From the human T2T-CHM13v2.0 reference genome, Homo sapiens, in the NCBI RefSeq assembly GCF_009914755.1, contig NC_060925.1: a stretch of 64,000 nucleotides of DNA; one strand, written 5' to 3'. Under the pieces are notes generated by a model that was given only the letters and a program-made list of their open reading frames with translations, made no database searches and was not told where the DNA came from. A program made the position numbers and the translations under genes. Positions 16,456-29,621 of the stretch are shown piece after piece; within the stretch, counting starts at the first letter, position 1; every line of letters starts with the position of its first letter.

Positions 16456-19006
16456 CTAGGGAACAGATAAGCACAATTATTCATCCACACATTTTCAGCA
16501 GAAATTACTCCTTTACTAAATAAAACATTCAGACAACTTGAGTTAGAATCTCTTTAAATGTTGCACACTGTTTTTCCCCCAGAAATATGTAGAAGCTGAT
16601 GTTTCACGATAAAATAATCACATTTTCCCTATTCTATTTACTTTGGAAGAAAAATCTTTCCGTTCTAGAGAAAGCTGGTGTGTTCTTTTCATGAAACTGG
16701 CAAACATGAAAGTCTCAGACCCTCAGGCTTAGATAAGAACAGATAATTTCATGTGATATGCTAGATATATTCTTTAGAAAGATATACACCAAAGTTTTAT
16801 AAAACAGCCCATATATTAAAAATGCAAGATGAGTTTCCCAACAATAACTCTAACTCCTATTTATTGAACATCTACAATGTATCAGGCATATGTATTTTAC
16901 TTTATAGGTGAGGGAACTGAGACCTGAAAGGTTAAGTAGGTTAAGTGACTGCCCACCCAAGGTCACGTGGTTAGAATTCAAATCCAGATGTGTCTCATTC
17001 TAACACTCATGCCCTTCTATGACACCGCAATGCCTACACCTAAAGTGGAGTTCAACTGAATACTTTGGTTGGGCAGAATTTCACATAAATAACCATACTA
17101 TAGCCAAGACTACAAATCTAGTTCACATTCTAGTTTTACCTAGCTGAGAGACCTTAGGCATACAATGCTCCCTTTTGTCCTAGTTTTCTCATCACTAAGT
17201 GAACATAGTAGTTGCCTTTACAGGAAGATTGAAGGATTAAATACTACAGCACAAGCTTTAAGGTGCTTAGTATAAGCATCAGCACAAAACAAGTACTCAG
17301 TAAACAACTGCTTATTAAGTTATGATTTAAAAATAAAGACTCTCATTGCCTCAGTCTTAAACTAGATGTAGTTCAAGATCATTTTCTAGTCTTAAAAAAT
17401 CTGCTTCTATGAACCCATGAGTTTTATGAGTTTAGAACTTAATGTGGGATTTTGTTAAAGATGCCTTCTTCCTAGGTTGCTCTGGAGAAACAGGTCCACC
17501 AACCTGGGATAATGAGCATTACATGGGAGAAAAGGAACCTGTGCTCTTCTAAGCCTTTCAAATATATATAGCTCTTCGTCTACATGGACACTCTGACCCC
17601 AGCTGCCTCATGCTTAATGGACAACAATTTAGTGAACTGACAGGTTTCCTCAAAGACAAGGAAATATTCACTTTGAAGTTTCCTAGCAGGTAAATAAAAG
17701 TTAATGAACAAATTGCAAAGAAATTAACCTTTTAGCTGACAGCAAAATAAAAGCTTTTGGGAGTGTTAGGTTTCCAACTATTTTGTGTACCTAAGGCAAA
17801 ACAAAAAATATCAAAGGAATTCACACCTACTCAGAAGTCTTAAAATGATACCAGAGGTATTTTACCACTGCAGTGCTATGGCTCTAAGATAATGGAATTT
17901 AGATAGTTGATGACAAGCTAGACTCATTGTTGGACCATTCTGTTTTTCTATTAAATATAGGTGTTTAAAATTACACTTGAACTTTTTGGAGATAATCATT
18001 CAAAAACAAATGACAGATCTGGCAGGAATCACAAGATGCAAATTCTTTAGGCTTAAATGGGCTAAAAATTCCTAGGCAATTTTCTGTTTTGGAAATACTG
18101 CATATATTTTATTTTTTGACATCTGTTTATTAAACAGGGTGAACATTAAGTTAGTATTTTCATTTTGAATAAGCCTCCTCAGTATGCACGAAAATGTAAA
18201 ATATAATCTAAATAGAAAGCACTTTGGTACTCCATGCTGTTGTTATAACTTAATACTACACTGAATGCTACTACATTTCATAAAGTTAATTCTTAAACAC
18301 AAGGATGACTCAACCTCAAACGTGGTTTCCATGCTGAATACTGCATATGTTTTTAAATGTCCATATAAATAAGGACATACTTAATTTTTAAAATATTTGC
18401 TAAATATTTTTTCTTTTTAGACCAACATGTCTTTTCACAGGAATGATTAAGGCAAATATGAAATGTCATCACACCTTGAAGCAGTAAGATATTGCTTGTA
18501 TGAAAAGTTATCACATCATACAAGCAACAAGTGGAGTGGGAAAATGAAGGACTATAATTATATGCTCCCAATCAGATTGTCACATGAAATGAAACTTGGA
18601 AAAAATGCAGGTACCCTCTTAAAATTTTTGACTTTTGTGTACTTAAGATACATGATATAATAATTAAGACTGCTTAGGCACTGATATGGATTCTATTCTT
18701 TAGTGCCTGGATATAACTTCCTAAGACAAAGCAAAATCATTCAGGGCTTTATTTTCTTCAGACCAAGAGTGGTATGAGGGTCTGACCTATTACTCTCCAA
18801 GAGCAGAACTGATTTCAGTTGGTCACTTTCCCATAGTGCTTTGTTTACACTCTGCCATCCAGACTCAGTATATCCAGCTTCCATATGTCTTACTCATAAG
18901 ATCTTGGAGTGAGTAACTTGTTTTTTCAACTCTGTTCCCTTAACCACCACCATGACTTGTAGACAGTAAACAATTAAATGTATTAAAGCTTCTTTTGGGG
19001 AGGCTA

Positions 19007-19236
19007 ATTACAACGAACTGAGTGTTTGTATTCCCCTAAAATTCCTATTTTGGAAGTGAGGTCACAGTGAGACGGTGCCATCTATGAACCAGGAGGCCAG
19101 CCCACACCAGACACCGAATCTGCTGGTGCCTTGATCTTGGACTCCCTAGCCACTCCAACTATGAGAAATAAATGCTTGCAGTTTAAGCCATCCAGTCTAT
19201 GGTGATTTGTTATAGCAGCCCAAATGGGCTAAGGTA
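19007..19236 (+). mobile_element. MaLR LTR (MLT1A/B-like) fragment
   Basis: gaatctgctggtgccttgatcttggactcc...gagaaataaatg...gttatagcagccc, a characteristic MLT1 3' half. Confidence 0.75.
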
Positions 19237-19425
19237 GTAATAAAAATATCTTTTGCATATTCAAAGGCAAAAACGTTTCAATTTATAATCTATTTCTTAA
19301 AACTAATTTTCAACCAATCATCACATAACAGAAACCTATTTACTTATTTCTGACATCTGAAAGCATGAATCGATAAATCCAAATAGACCTGTCAAAATGA
19401 AATGGAAAGAAATTAGGTTTCTTAC

Positions 19426-19581
19426 TTCTAAGTTGTAGAGCACTCTGAAGGTAGACATTCCCGGGGCAAAAGATCGAAACAGACTTTCTAAAATTGAACT
19501 GGCACTTGGCTGGTGCTGTTGCTTTGATGACAGGGATGGAGATTTTGAGGACTGAGAACTTGATTCAGACAGCAATGTTTT
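19426..19581 (-). CDS. USP24: USP24 exon ~31 (156 nt): KTLLSESSSQSSKSPS...FRVLYNLE
   Basis: Acceptor aacttag|AAA, donor GAA|gtaaga; ORF 19336..19575. Confidence 0.94.
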
Positions 19582-20519
19582 CTAAGTTTAAGAGAATGAG
19601 AAAGACATAAACTACTTAAAAGGACAAATTAAAGAGAAACAGATCTTAGTACACGTCCTAATATTCTTTCCCTCTTTAATATAAGCCACACCAATGCTAT
19701 TTTCTAAAAATTAACTTCATAAAACCACATCACTCCGTAACTATTAAAACATCAAACTTCATCATACAAATTCTAAATGTTCAATAAGATTCAAATACTA
19801 CGTGAATGCTTTTGAGCATGTATTCTAAGCAACACCTGAGAAGGTCATTTTAATTAGTTTCTGTGTTTAAAATTTGTATCTCTAAATACTGATAATAAAA
19901 TTATAAGATTGCTAAAGTGGTAGGCTTGAAAAATCTGTTAAGCTAATACTAGTGATATATTTTATAATTACATTAGTTTTATCCTTTAAATTAGTGTATA
20001 AGCAATAAATGACATGACTGAGCTGATCTAAATTTCTACCACTAAATTATAAAATAGAAAATATAGTTCTAACAACTTTTTCTACATCAATTTATTCTGA
20101 GAACATAATTAAACAATATTATAGATACGACACAATTTCAATATATGGATAAATCCCTTAAGGAACAACATTCTAACAATTAACAAAAATGAACTTTAAA
20201 TATCAACTGTGAAAAAATTAAATGATAATCCATTTATATTAGCAACTCAGACATACGCAACGATCAGATTCAAAGAGGCATCATGGGTAATGAAAAACGT
20301 CTCAACTGAATCACAACTAGAGTCTGATCTGGGACAAGTAACTTCATCCCTCTGAGCTTTGGCTTCCTAATATATAACATGAGGAGGTGGAAAGGTAGAT
20401 GGTACTAAAGGCTCTTCCAGTTCTGAAACCTGATGTCATTATTGACTTTATATAAATACTTTAAAAGTCAACATTAAGTTCTGATTTCCATTTATAGCAA
20501 AGGTATTTCTCTCTCTCTC

Positions 20520-20812
20520 TTTTTTTTTTTTTTTTGAGACAGGGTCTTGCTTTGTTGCCCAGGCCAGAGTGCAGTGTGTAATCTTGGCTCACTGCAGCCT
20601 CGACCTCTTGGGTTCAAGCTATCCTCCTACCTCAGCCTCCTGAGTAGCTGGGACTACAGGTACATGCCATCACACCAGCTAATTTTTTTATTTGTAGAGA
20701 TGGGGTCACCCTACATTGCCCAGGCTGGTCTTGAACTCTGGGGCTCAAGCCATCCTCCCACCTTGGCCTCCCAAAGTGTTGGAATTACAGGCGTGAGCCA
20801 CTGCACTGGGCT
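20520..20812 (-). mobile_element. AluJ-like element
   Basis: (ct)n and poly-T tail followed by diverged Alu dimer; TSD-like aaggtattt. Confidence 0.88.
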
Positions 20813-20949
20813 GGTGAAGGTATTTTTCAAAAGAAGAAAAAACATTATGGGAAAGATGGTATCATATGACCTTGATGTGATTTCAGGTTGTATTTTCACT
20901 CACTGAATTGTGATATAAAATTGCCATGCTAGTTAAAAAATACTCATAC

Positions 20950-21043
20950 CTTTCTTCCTAAAGAATCAAGTTGATCAAGGGCTTCCTGAATGGCTGGATC
21001 AGTGGGTATCAAGAGCAGAAGCTTCCGTACTCGTAGAGTTATC
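20950..21043 (-). CDS. USP24: USP24 exon ~30 (94 nt): (R)ITLRVRKLLLLIPTDPAIQEALDQLDSLGRK
   Basis: Acceptor acttcag|GAT, donor AAG|gtatga; phase 2 to 0. Confidence 0.94.
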
Positions 21044-21207
21044 CTGAAGTTTTTCAAATACAAATTTTTTCATATAAGCCATAGTTTAATTCAACAAAGT
21101 CCATTAGTATGGAATATAAAATAAAATGCATTTCAAGTGAAAAGTTACTTGGCTCCCTAATGTTAGTAACTTTCTCTCTGCCAAGCCTCACAAATATTTA
21201 TATTTAC

Positions 21208-21293
21208 CTTGGCTCTTCCAGATTGGCGAGCTGATAAAGCATGTCAAATACGTTACATACGAGAGCCATCACTACACCAGGGAGGGATTTCTC
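21208..21293 (-). CDS. USP24: USP24 exon ~29 (86 nt): EKSLPGVVMALVCNVFDMLYQLANLEEP(R)
   Basis: Acceptor ccatcag|GAG, donor AAG|gtaaat; phase 0 to 2. Confidence 0.94.
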
Positions 21294-22045
21294 CTGATGG
21301 AAAAAAGCAAAATAGAAATTCAAATTTACAAAAGAATGTTCTCCTTTCCTAATCAAACTTACAAACAATAAAAATACTAGTTCTGAAAGGCTGGCTGGTC
21401 ACTGTAAAGCTTGAGGGAAGCACAGTGCTCGTCTGTACTGAAGAACACCACATGGTAACATATTAGACGAGGGATCACTACCTCCTAGCGTGTATTACTT
21501 GCTCTCCCTTCTCCTGGCCACCTGCTAGTGAAGGGACTAAGGTGCCAAAAGGCAGGCACAGTAGAAGAGAGGTAAAGCAGAGAGCATGTGTAATTAATAT
21601 AATGGAGAGTAGGCACCACTGAGCTAATGACTGCTCCCCAGTAGAGAACAGGGGGAGTGATGTGAAAACAAAAGTAGTGTGTTTATGTATCGACATTCAC
21701 ACACAACAATAAATACATGTAATTTAAGTTGAGACAAAGAAGTTACCATGTTTTTTTCCCAAAGATCAGAAAAGACAAAATGGTTATAACTGCATAAAAG
21801 AGATTCAGATATGACTAAAGCACTATTTTCTGGTTATAAGGAATAAGAAATCGGACATCATTACACAACGTATTTACAAGTGGGAAGATTTTTAATAAAT
21901 TCAGGATAAATGTGAGACAGTTAAAAATTATTAAACTTGAAGATACTATGTACACTGTTTTTGTTATTTAGCTGCTATAATATCATTCTGAGTGGGGTTT
22001 CTTTTTAAAATTCTTGTTATATATGAAATATAATTTTTAAAAAAA

Positions 22046-22163
22046 TTGAGATGGGGGTCTCGCTATGTTGGCCAGGTTGGTCTTGAACTCCTGGCCTCCA
22101 ACAATCCTCCTGCCTCAGCCTCCCAAACTACTAGGATTACAGGCATGAGCCACCACACCCAGT
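22046..22163 (-). mobile_element. Alu monomer (FLAM-like)
   Basis: Single left-arm-like monomer, gagatgggggtctcgctatgttg...caccacacccag. Confidence 0.8.
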
Positions 22164-22204
22164 CTTCAAATACAGTTAACTCTGACAACCCCACAATACC
22201 AACA

Positions 22205-22509
22205 CAGGCTGAGTATCCCTAATTCAAAAATCTGAAATGTGAAATTCTCCAAAATCGGAAACTTTCTGAGTGCTAACATGACACCACAAGTGGAAAATTC
22301 CATGCCTGACCTCATGTAACCGATCTCAGTCAAAATCTTGTTTCATGCACAAAATTATTTAAGATGTTGTATAAAATTACCTTCAGGCTGTGTATATAAG
22401 GTGTATATGAAACATAAATGAATTTAGTGTTTGGATTTGGGTCCCATCCTCAAGATATCTCATTATGTATATGCAAATATTCTAAAATCCTAAAGACTAC
22501 TCAACTTGC
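22205..22509 (+). mobile_element. TcMar-Tigger DNA transposon (Tigger4b/MER46B-like)
   Basis: Terminal inverted repeats caggctgagtatc...gactactcaacttg; internal gacaccacaagtggaaaattcc. Confidence 0.7.
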
Positions 22510-22604
22510 ACTAAACTTGAAGAGTTCTTTGATCTCTCTAGTAAGGTTTATGCTCTGTAAATTAAAAAGATGCAGTCACACAAAGTCTTACATTTGGAAT
22601 TAAA

Positions 22605-22654
22605 GAAATATATATAATAACCATAGGGGGAAATATATATAATAACCATAGGGG
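22605..22654. repeat. Perfect 25-bp tandem duplication
   Basis: gaaatatatataataaccatagggg x2. Confidence 0.95.
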
Positions 22655-22799
22655 AAAAAAAACCCTATATGTCTTTTAAATACCTTTACTTTACATTAGC
22701 TTGCTTTCTAGACTATAAAAGCCTAAAAAGCAGAACAGTCTTACGCAGCTTTGTACACCTGGAGTCCTAACACAGAGAAGGTACAAAATAAACTAATTC

Positions 22800-24290
22800 A
22801 TGAAGTCATTGAAATATTGATTGAGTACCTATCATGTTCTAGGCACTGTTTTAGGTGTCGAGGACGCAGCAGTGAACAAAACAGAAGAAAATCTGCTCTC
22901 ATGGAGCTTACATTTTATTGGGAGAGAGAGATAAACAAGATAAATAAAATATATAGTATGCTAAAGAAAAAATAAAGTAGGGAAGGGAAATAAAAAGAAA
23001 TACAGGGGTAGGAAAGAGGCTGAAAATCTAGACAAGACAGTCAGAGAAGGCTCACTGAGAATATGAGTAAAAGCTGAAGAAAGTGAGAGTGAGCCACCTG
23101 CATCAGGAAAGAACAGTTTAGGCACAGGGAAGAGCAAATTCACAGACCATGCTATTTGAGGACCAACATGGAGGCCAGTGAGGCTGGAGTGGTGAGAGAA
23201 GCTCACAGGAGACAACCTTGGAGAGGCTCCGGGGGACACATTAGGAAGGCCCTGAAGGTCCCAGTAAAGACTGGCTCTTATTCTGAGTGAGACAGGAGCC
23301 ACTCGGGCCGAGTGGTACAATCTGACTTATGTTTAGTAAGATCCTGGGCCACTGGGTGCCCTGTAGAGAAGAGACTGAACTGGTCTAAGAGCAGAAACTG
23401 TGAGAGCAGTTAGGGCACTACTAAAATATGCCAGGTGAGGCATGGTGATTGCCTAGACTGGTGTGCAAGCTGTGGATGCAGAAAAAAGTAGCTGGATTGT
23501 CGATGGATTCTGAAGGTGGAGTCAAGAATTTGGTCATGGACACGGGTGTGAAAGAAGGAACCCAAAGATTCTGGCCTGAGCCAACTAGAAGACTGGAGAT
23601 GCCATCATTTGAGATACAACAAGGCTGTGGGAAGAAGAGATTTGGGGTGGGAGTGAGGTAGTGGGGAAAAGGGTATAAGGAGCTCAATTCGGGATAAATT
23701 AGGATTGGGGTGCCTAGTAGACACTTAAGAGATGTTAAGTGGATGGATCCATTTATTTCAGGTTAAAACTAAAAAGTGGAAGTTAGCAATGTACATACAA
23801 TATGCAGAGACTGGAGACTGGATGAGATTTTTAAGGGAATGACTGTAGACAGAGGAGAGGTCCAAAGATTGGGCCAGGGAACTTCTCAGTACAGAGATCA
23901 GGGAGATGAAGAGAAATTGGCAAAGGAGACCAAAAAACAAAAAACCAACCAAATAAAAAACCAAACAGGCGGAGAGACAGTGGAAATTCACACCAAGTCC
24001 CGAAAGCCAAGTGAAGAGTGTTCCAAGGGGGAAGCGATCACACGTATCAGCTTCAATGAAATGTCAAGAAGATGAGGACTAAGAGGTGGAGGTGACAGAC
24101 CAACTTGAAAAGAGGCTAATTCTTATCAACAGAGATCAAGAGAGGATGGCAAAAGAAAAGCTGGAAACGAGTTCAGACAACTGTTTCAAGGAGCTTTGCT
24201 GATTTTGGAAGGAGAATGGGGCAGTAACTGAAGGTGTAAGTGGGATGAAGAGATTTTTTTAAGATGGAAGAAATAACACAACAAGCTTGA
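22800..24290 (-). mobile_element. LINE-2 fragment
   Basis: attgagtacctatcatgttctaggcactg...ctcatggagcttacatt followed by a purine-rich L2 body; boundaries approximate. Confidence 0.75.
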
Positions 24291-24394
24291 ACACTAATGA
24301 ATCCCAGCATTTGTTATACAGTTTGGAAGAGTCAGAACAAAAAGACAGTGACTGTTAAGTTCTTGTTTTTAAATGGAAATTGATCACCCAGTAC

Positions 24395-24568
24395 CTGCTC
24401 CATGGCATATGAAGAACTAAAAACCCCACTGCTGCTGCTGCTGGAGCTGGTTGAAGAATCTGCTGAACTCCCAGATGGGGTCCCACTGCCAGAAGTCTTC
24501 ACTGTAAGGATTTGTTCATCAGAAAAGCCCAGTTGGTGGAGTAGCTTTTGATCTTTATTCACTGTCAG
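24395..24568 (-). CDS. USP24: USP24 exon ~28 (174 nt): LTVNKDQKLLHQLGFSDEQ...SSSYAMEQ
   Basis: Acceptor tttgcag|CTG, donor CAG|gtactg; ORF 24332..24574. Confidence 0.95.
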
Positions 24569-24685
24569 CTGCAAAAAGTGGTTTCTTAATTATTGAGAGG
24601 AAAAGGAAGAGGAAATTATTCATATCAGGCTAAATATTTATATTATATCATTTATTATTCATCAAAACTGCTTATTTAAACCTAC

Positions 24686-24784
24686 CAGGCTATCATTTGT
24701 AAATATCTGTATATTATCCACAGGAGAGCACAACTGCTTGGCTATTTTCCACCGGACACTCCCTATGGTTTCATTACTGTGAGC
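24686..24784 (-). CDS. USP24: USP24 exon ~27 (99 nt): AHSNETIGSVRWKIAKQL...FTNDSL
   Basis: Acceptor ttttacag|GCT, donor CTG|gtaggt. Confidence 0.94.
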
Positions 24785-24819
24785 CTGTAAAATAAAATTA
24801 AACACGTTGTGAGAGAATT

Positions 24820-25340
24820 CATTTATTTATTCATTTAAACAACTGTGAGTGAACATCTACTAGGTACTGGGCACTGTTCTAGAAGCTGGGAACACAGCAG
24901 AGAACATAAAGACAAGAACCCCTGCCCTCGTGAGGCTTCCCTTCTGCTATAATTATGTTCCATTCTACACTCCACCTCCTCCCCATCAAGCGTGGAATGA
25001 GACCTCAAGCCCTTCTTCCACTGCAGCGTTGTCCACTCTTTCCCTTTCTCACTGTGCTCCCCTCACACCAGCCACCTTGCTTGCCTTTGTACCTGTTCTT
25101 CCATTTGCCTGGAATGTTCTCCCAAGCAAACGTCATTTACCCTGTCACTTTACTCAAGTTTGTGCTCAAATGTCACCACCTCAGAGAGACCTTCCCTGTC
25201 CATCTTTACCTAAAATATTTTGTGCATTCCCATCTTATCACCCTCCTCACCAATGTATCCTGCTTTACTCTTATTTGTTCTTTACAATACTTAACCACCG
25301 CTTGACATTATATAATATTTATTTATATATCTGCTTGTAC
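24820..25340. mobile_element. LINE-2 fragments in both orientations
   Basis: Minus-strand L2 tail at 24820-24950 followed by pyrimidine-rich plus-strand L2 (aaatgtcaccacctcagagagaccttccctg). Confidence 0.6.
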
Positions 25341-25487
25341 CCCACAGTTTCATTTCAGGTCTTTATTCTACATTTGTTTACCAAACTACCTTTAGAATGA
25401 TTATTCATGCAGCTAACTCAATCAAGACTGCTTTATGAAAATAATAAGACAACATGAAAATGGCTGTAGTTCTTAATGTAAACCTAC

Positions 25488-25598
25488 CTCGACAGTGAAG
25501 GTATCTTTGGTAGACTCATAGGTAACATTAAGGGTTAAAAGATGTCCATGAAATGAGGCACCATGAGGTAGAATAGTTCGTGGAACAGAGTAAAAATC
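25488..25598 (-). CDS. USP24: USP24 exon ~26 (111 nt): DFYSVPRTILPHGASFHG...DTFTVE
   Basis: Acceptor ttttaag|GAT, donor GAG|gtaggt. Confidence 0.94.
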
Positions 25599-25711
25599 CT
25601 TAAAAAACGAATAAGTCAAGTCAGATGGACAGCACCACTGATAAACACATCAAAAATACATATCTATGTATATATGATGAATGAAGATGCTTTTTTAAGA
25701 AAAGAGAGGCT

Positions 25712-25810
25712 AACTGGGTGTGGTGGTGTGTGCTAAACTCCCAGCTGCTAGAAAGGCTGAGGTGGGAAGATCGCTTGAGTCCAGCCTAAGCAACATACAT
25801 CTTAAAAAAA
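25712..25810 (+). mobile_element. Degenerate Alu monomer (FAM/FLAM-like) in the 225-nt intron 25
   Basis: ctgggtgtggtggtgtgtg...cccagctgct...ggctgaggtgggaagatcgcttgag plus short A tail. Confidence 0.7.
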
Positions 25811-25823
25811 GGAAGTGGCTTAC

Positions 25824-25890
25824 CTCTATAGTGATCACATAGCGCTCTGCCAGAAGCAGCAATCTCTCAATTATTACAAGTTTAGTAGAT
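25824..25890 (-). CDS. USP24: USP24 exon ~25 (67 nt): (R)STKLVIIERLLLLAERYVITIE
   Basis: Acceptor ctatag|ATC, donor GAG|gtaagc; phase 2 to 0. Confidence 0.94.
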
Positions 25891-28495
25891 CTATAGATTA
25901 AAAAAAAAAAGTATTAAAATGTATTTGAAGTGTGATGATCTGAGCTCAGTTCTAGTCTGTTTCACCAAAACCACAATAACAGTTAGCACTCACTGGTCAA
26001 AGACTGAAATTTGCAAAGATTAAACTTCCCTTTTACCCAATGGGGAGGTGGTTCTACAAGCTCACAGCTGTAGCATACAGATGGAATAAGGGAGAAGCCT
26101 ATACCTCCCCATGTTTCCTTTCCTTTTCTTTCTTCTTTTCATTTCTTTAAACAGTTATTCCATAAATGGAGGACCTGGGTTTCTAGGCCTATCTGTCCAT
26201 TAATTTATCAAGAATGAAATGAGTGAGTCTGACTTTATCTTATAACTAAAATATGACATACAATTCTGTGAACACATGAAATCTGACAAAGTTCTGAACT
26301 GCCTGAGAATTAGAAGACAAATGCAAATCAGTAAGTACGACACAAACAAAAGTTGCTATCTAAAAATGAGATCTGAGGTCTCTTTTGGTTGAAGACTTAT
26401 GGAATCTTACTTATCATTTGAAATAATCAGACTGCAATATTCATCAGCTTATATAGTCATAGCCCCATACTTTACTAAAAAGAACATTACATGTATTAAC
26501 ATTAAGAAATGAAAATCCAAGTCCCCTTAATTTAAACATTTTCTATTCCAGAGAGTCTAGATATTTCAAAGAGGTATATTTCTAAAACTGAAAAGAGGTA
26601 CTACCATTTTTTAACAATTGGTCTGGTATGCTGATTAGCAGTACCAAAAATTTCACTCTAAAAACAGCTGGTTAAACACATTTTAGCAGTTCTATTAAAT
26701 ATACTTAACAGAGTTCTAAATTATTCCAGTCTATGGGCAAGAACTAGAACTTGAAATTCAGACGAAAAATTTTTAGAAAATATCTAAGTCCATAATAAGT
26801 GAGTGAACTATTTTTTAATTATGCCTCAATAATGAATTAAATCACAGACAGTATTATGAAATACTGTACAGATGACAGAAACCCCCCCCACCCCAAGTTG
26901 GAACAATTATGGATACTGAAAAGTTCTTTCCAAACTAGTGAAATGAGATAAACTACAATGTTCTGGTTCAAATTCGACTTTGAAGCTATATATTCTTATT
27001 AACCCTATTTAGAGTTTATAATATTTTAAAATTATTATGTGGTTTTCTCTGTAGTCCACCAAATATGAAATGATTCCGAATAAAAAGCACTTAGTAAAGA
27101 GAAAAAAACAAAAAGCATACTCATTTAAAGAAGTAGGAGTTTGGACATCCTAACCCAATAGCACATAAATATACTTACATTCGAATTTATCAGATAAATG
27201 AACCATTAAGGAACTGAGTCATAGAGATGGCTACATATTACAAACACATAATTGGGAATTCTTAATACACATTTTAAATGAAAGTCTATTTGAGAAATAC
27301 TTCCAAGAATGTGGGAATGTGAAAGTCATGTTAGTGTTCTTATCATGAGTTGAATCTATCATTACTTCTGCCATTTAAAAAAGAAGTCTGAGAAAGCTGA
27401 GTTTATTGGCTTCCTTCATATTAACAAAGTACAGTGACACAATACTCAACTCATTTTAAAAAAGAAGAATGGAAGAAAGGACTCATTGCTTTGATTCCCC
27501 TTTTTAAAGGAAGGCTTTAACAAGCAAAGGAATATCCCGTTGTGAATAAGAATAGCCATTCTAGAGTAGAGAAAGACTCTATGAGTACCCATCACTAGAG
27601 GGCAGCAGCAGAGTGAGGTAGGGAGAGCAAGTCCTTCTCAGAGCACTCGCCAGTTTTCTGGGAAATAATGACGTGGTGTTGCTTACCAGCAGAGGCTCAT
27701 AAAAAACCCACAAAAGTATTTTAGTTACTTCCATCTAATGTTCCAAATTATGCATGGTTTCTCCTATATCTCCTATTCATGAAATCTGAGTTTAGTGAAA
27801 TCTGTTATCAGAGAACTACAGCAGACACTAAACTCAAGATTTCATCAATATCTGAAAACTCAAAAAACAGCAATGTGATTGAGACAATGTCAGTTTAAAG
27901 TTTTCACACAAACATTTGGGGATAAAGTTCTCACTAAAAATTATTTTGAAAAATACTTTTATTATTTGAATAATATTTTAGTGACTATGATTATAGTCAC
28001 TAATCATATGCAAGCATAATGCATACTTTTAATTAATCATCTTCTACTTCATTCTGCTTACCCTATTAATGCCCTGAGTTTGACTATTCAAGGAGAAAAG
28101 CTATATCTAAGTAAATATTTTTAACTTGAAAAAAAGTAGTTTTCATACAATGTATGTGTATTGCATTCTAAACAGTAAGTTATTCATACTACATAGAATA
28201 AAAGTAAAATGAATCAAATAAAAACTAAAACAAGAAGACCTGTCCACCAGGTAGAAGGATAGGGACAGGGAAGTACTCGGGTGGTCCTGGTGATGACCTA
28301 CACACAGAACTTCCAAAGAGGCACAGATTCAGGGATGTATGATGGGGAACATGTAATTCTCAGGATTATGACAGCTTGCAAAAATTATGATATAAAATGA
28401 GGAAATCAATAACTGAGAAACCTACATAAAAAACACCAATCATTTTAAAAAACTGACATATGTGTGTTGTGTATTTTTCACTTCTGATCACTTAC

Positions 28496-28611
28496 CTATA
28501 AGGAGACTGAACTGAGGTTGCTACAGTTGGCATGGCAGTTGCTGTAAGCATTTTTGTTGCTCTGGTCACAGCATGTGTTAGAGTGGGGCCACCAAGTGCT
28601 GAACTGGCTGC
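28496..28611 (-). CDS. USP24: USP24 exon ~24 (116 nt): AASSALGGPTLTHAVTRATK...VQSPY(R)
   Basis: Acceptor ttttttag|GCA, donor TAG|gtaagt; phase 0 to 2. Confidence 0.94.
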
Positions 28612-28640
28612 CTAAAAAATACCAAACAGTCATTCTCTAT

Positions 28641-28857
28641 CAGGGTTTCTCAACCTGGACTCTAGTGACATTCTGGACAGGATAATTTGCTGTTGCAGAG
28701 GGCTGTCCTGGGCATTCACTGTAGGATGTTTAACAGGATCCCTGGCCTCTACCTACTTAGGGACCAGTAGGATGCTTCTAGTTGGACAACCAAAAATGCC
28801 TCCAGATATTACCAAATGACCCCCAGAGGCAAAATAAGCCCCAGCTGAGAACTAGTG
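28641..28857 (+). mobile_element. MER20 (hAT-Charlie) DNA transposon
   Basis: TIR-like ends cagggtttctcaacc...gctgagaactagtg; internal acaaccaaaaatg.ctccaga. Confidence 0.8.
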
Positions 28858-29621
28858 CCCTATATATGTTAACACTTACATGGGACCTCATAAGGGGTAT
28901 TCGAATACTTGAATTTTTTTTATAATGACATATTTGGATAGAAGTCACAATTAGGGAAATACCGTACATATTCTAGCACATATTTATCACCAGAAAGCTT
29001 AACTTATTGGAATTGGGAGGCAGTAGCATTTTATGCTTTTGGAACATTTTTGCTTAGATGTAAAACTTAAGCATATCAACTGAATATGAATGTTTAAGGC
29101 TTTAACCGTCATGCTGGAAATAAAAGAGATACATGTGAGCTAGCATTACACAGCAGGCTTCTAATGGACAAAGACAACCAATACCACCTACTACTAACTG
29201 TCTTGCTGTGGTCTTTAATAACATTTATGGTATAACTAGGTGAAACATGAAGAAAAACAAAAAAAGAAGCAGTGCTTATATAAAATACCTGAACAGGAAA
29301 AGAAAAAAAAGAAAAAGATTCTATTACAAATATGGAATGTATAGGTGACCTATTTTCTGAAGATAGTTCCTATACTCCAAAAGGGGAGGAAGGTGGATGG
29401 AGTGGGGAAGACAGGTGGTGAGAGGGAGAAAGATTTCCTATAGAGTACACTTATATACTGGGCAAACATCTGTTCCCTATGCCACAATATGGTACTGTTG
29501 ATAAATTCTTCAATAGGATCCAGCCACAAACATCAACATTATAAATTATCTAAAAATATAAAATTATGAAAGAAAAAAAGCATTTACCTCAAAGAGATGT
29601 TAAATAAAATTTGCTACTCAC

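Noticed and set aside
21291-21296. NAGNAG acceptors CAG|GAG (exon 29) and TAG|GAG (exon 6)
   Set aside because: A distal GAG is rarely used, and nothing here suggests real alternation.
24930-25400. 156-aa plus-strand ORF
   Set aside because: Lies in pyrimidine-rich L2 remnants, starts at GTG and resembles no protein I recognise.
29588-29621. Alternative donor GAG|gtaaat 34 nt downstream of exon 23
   Set aside because: Such motifs are common by chance. The annotated gtgagt donor gives the correct frame, and this extension contains a stop.
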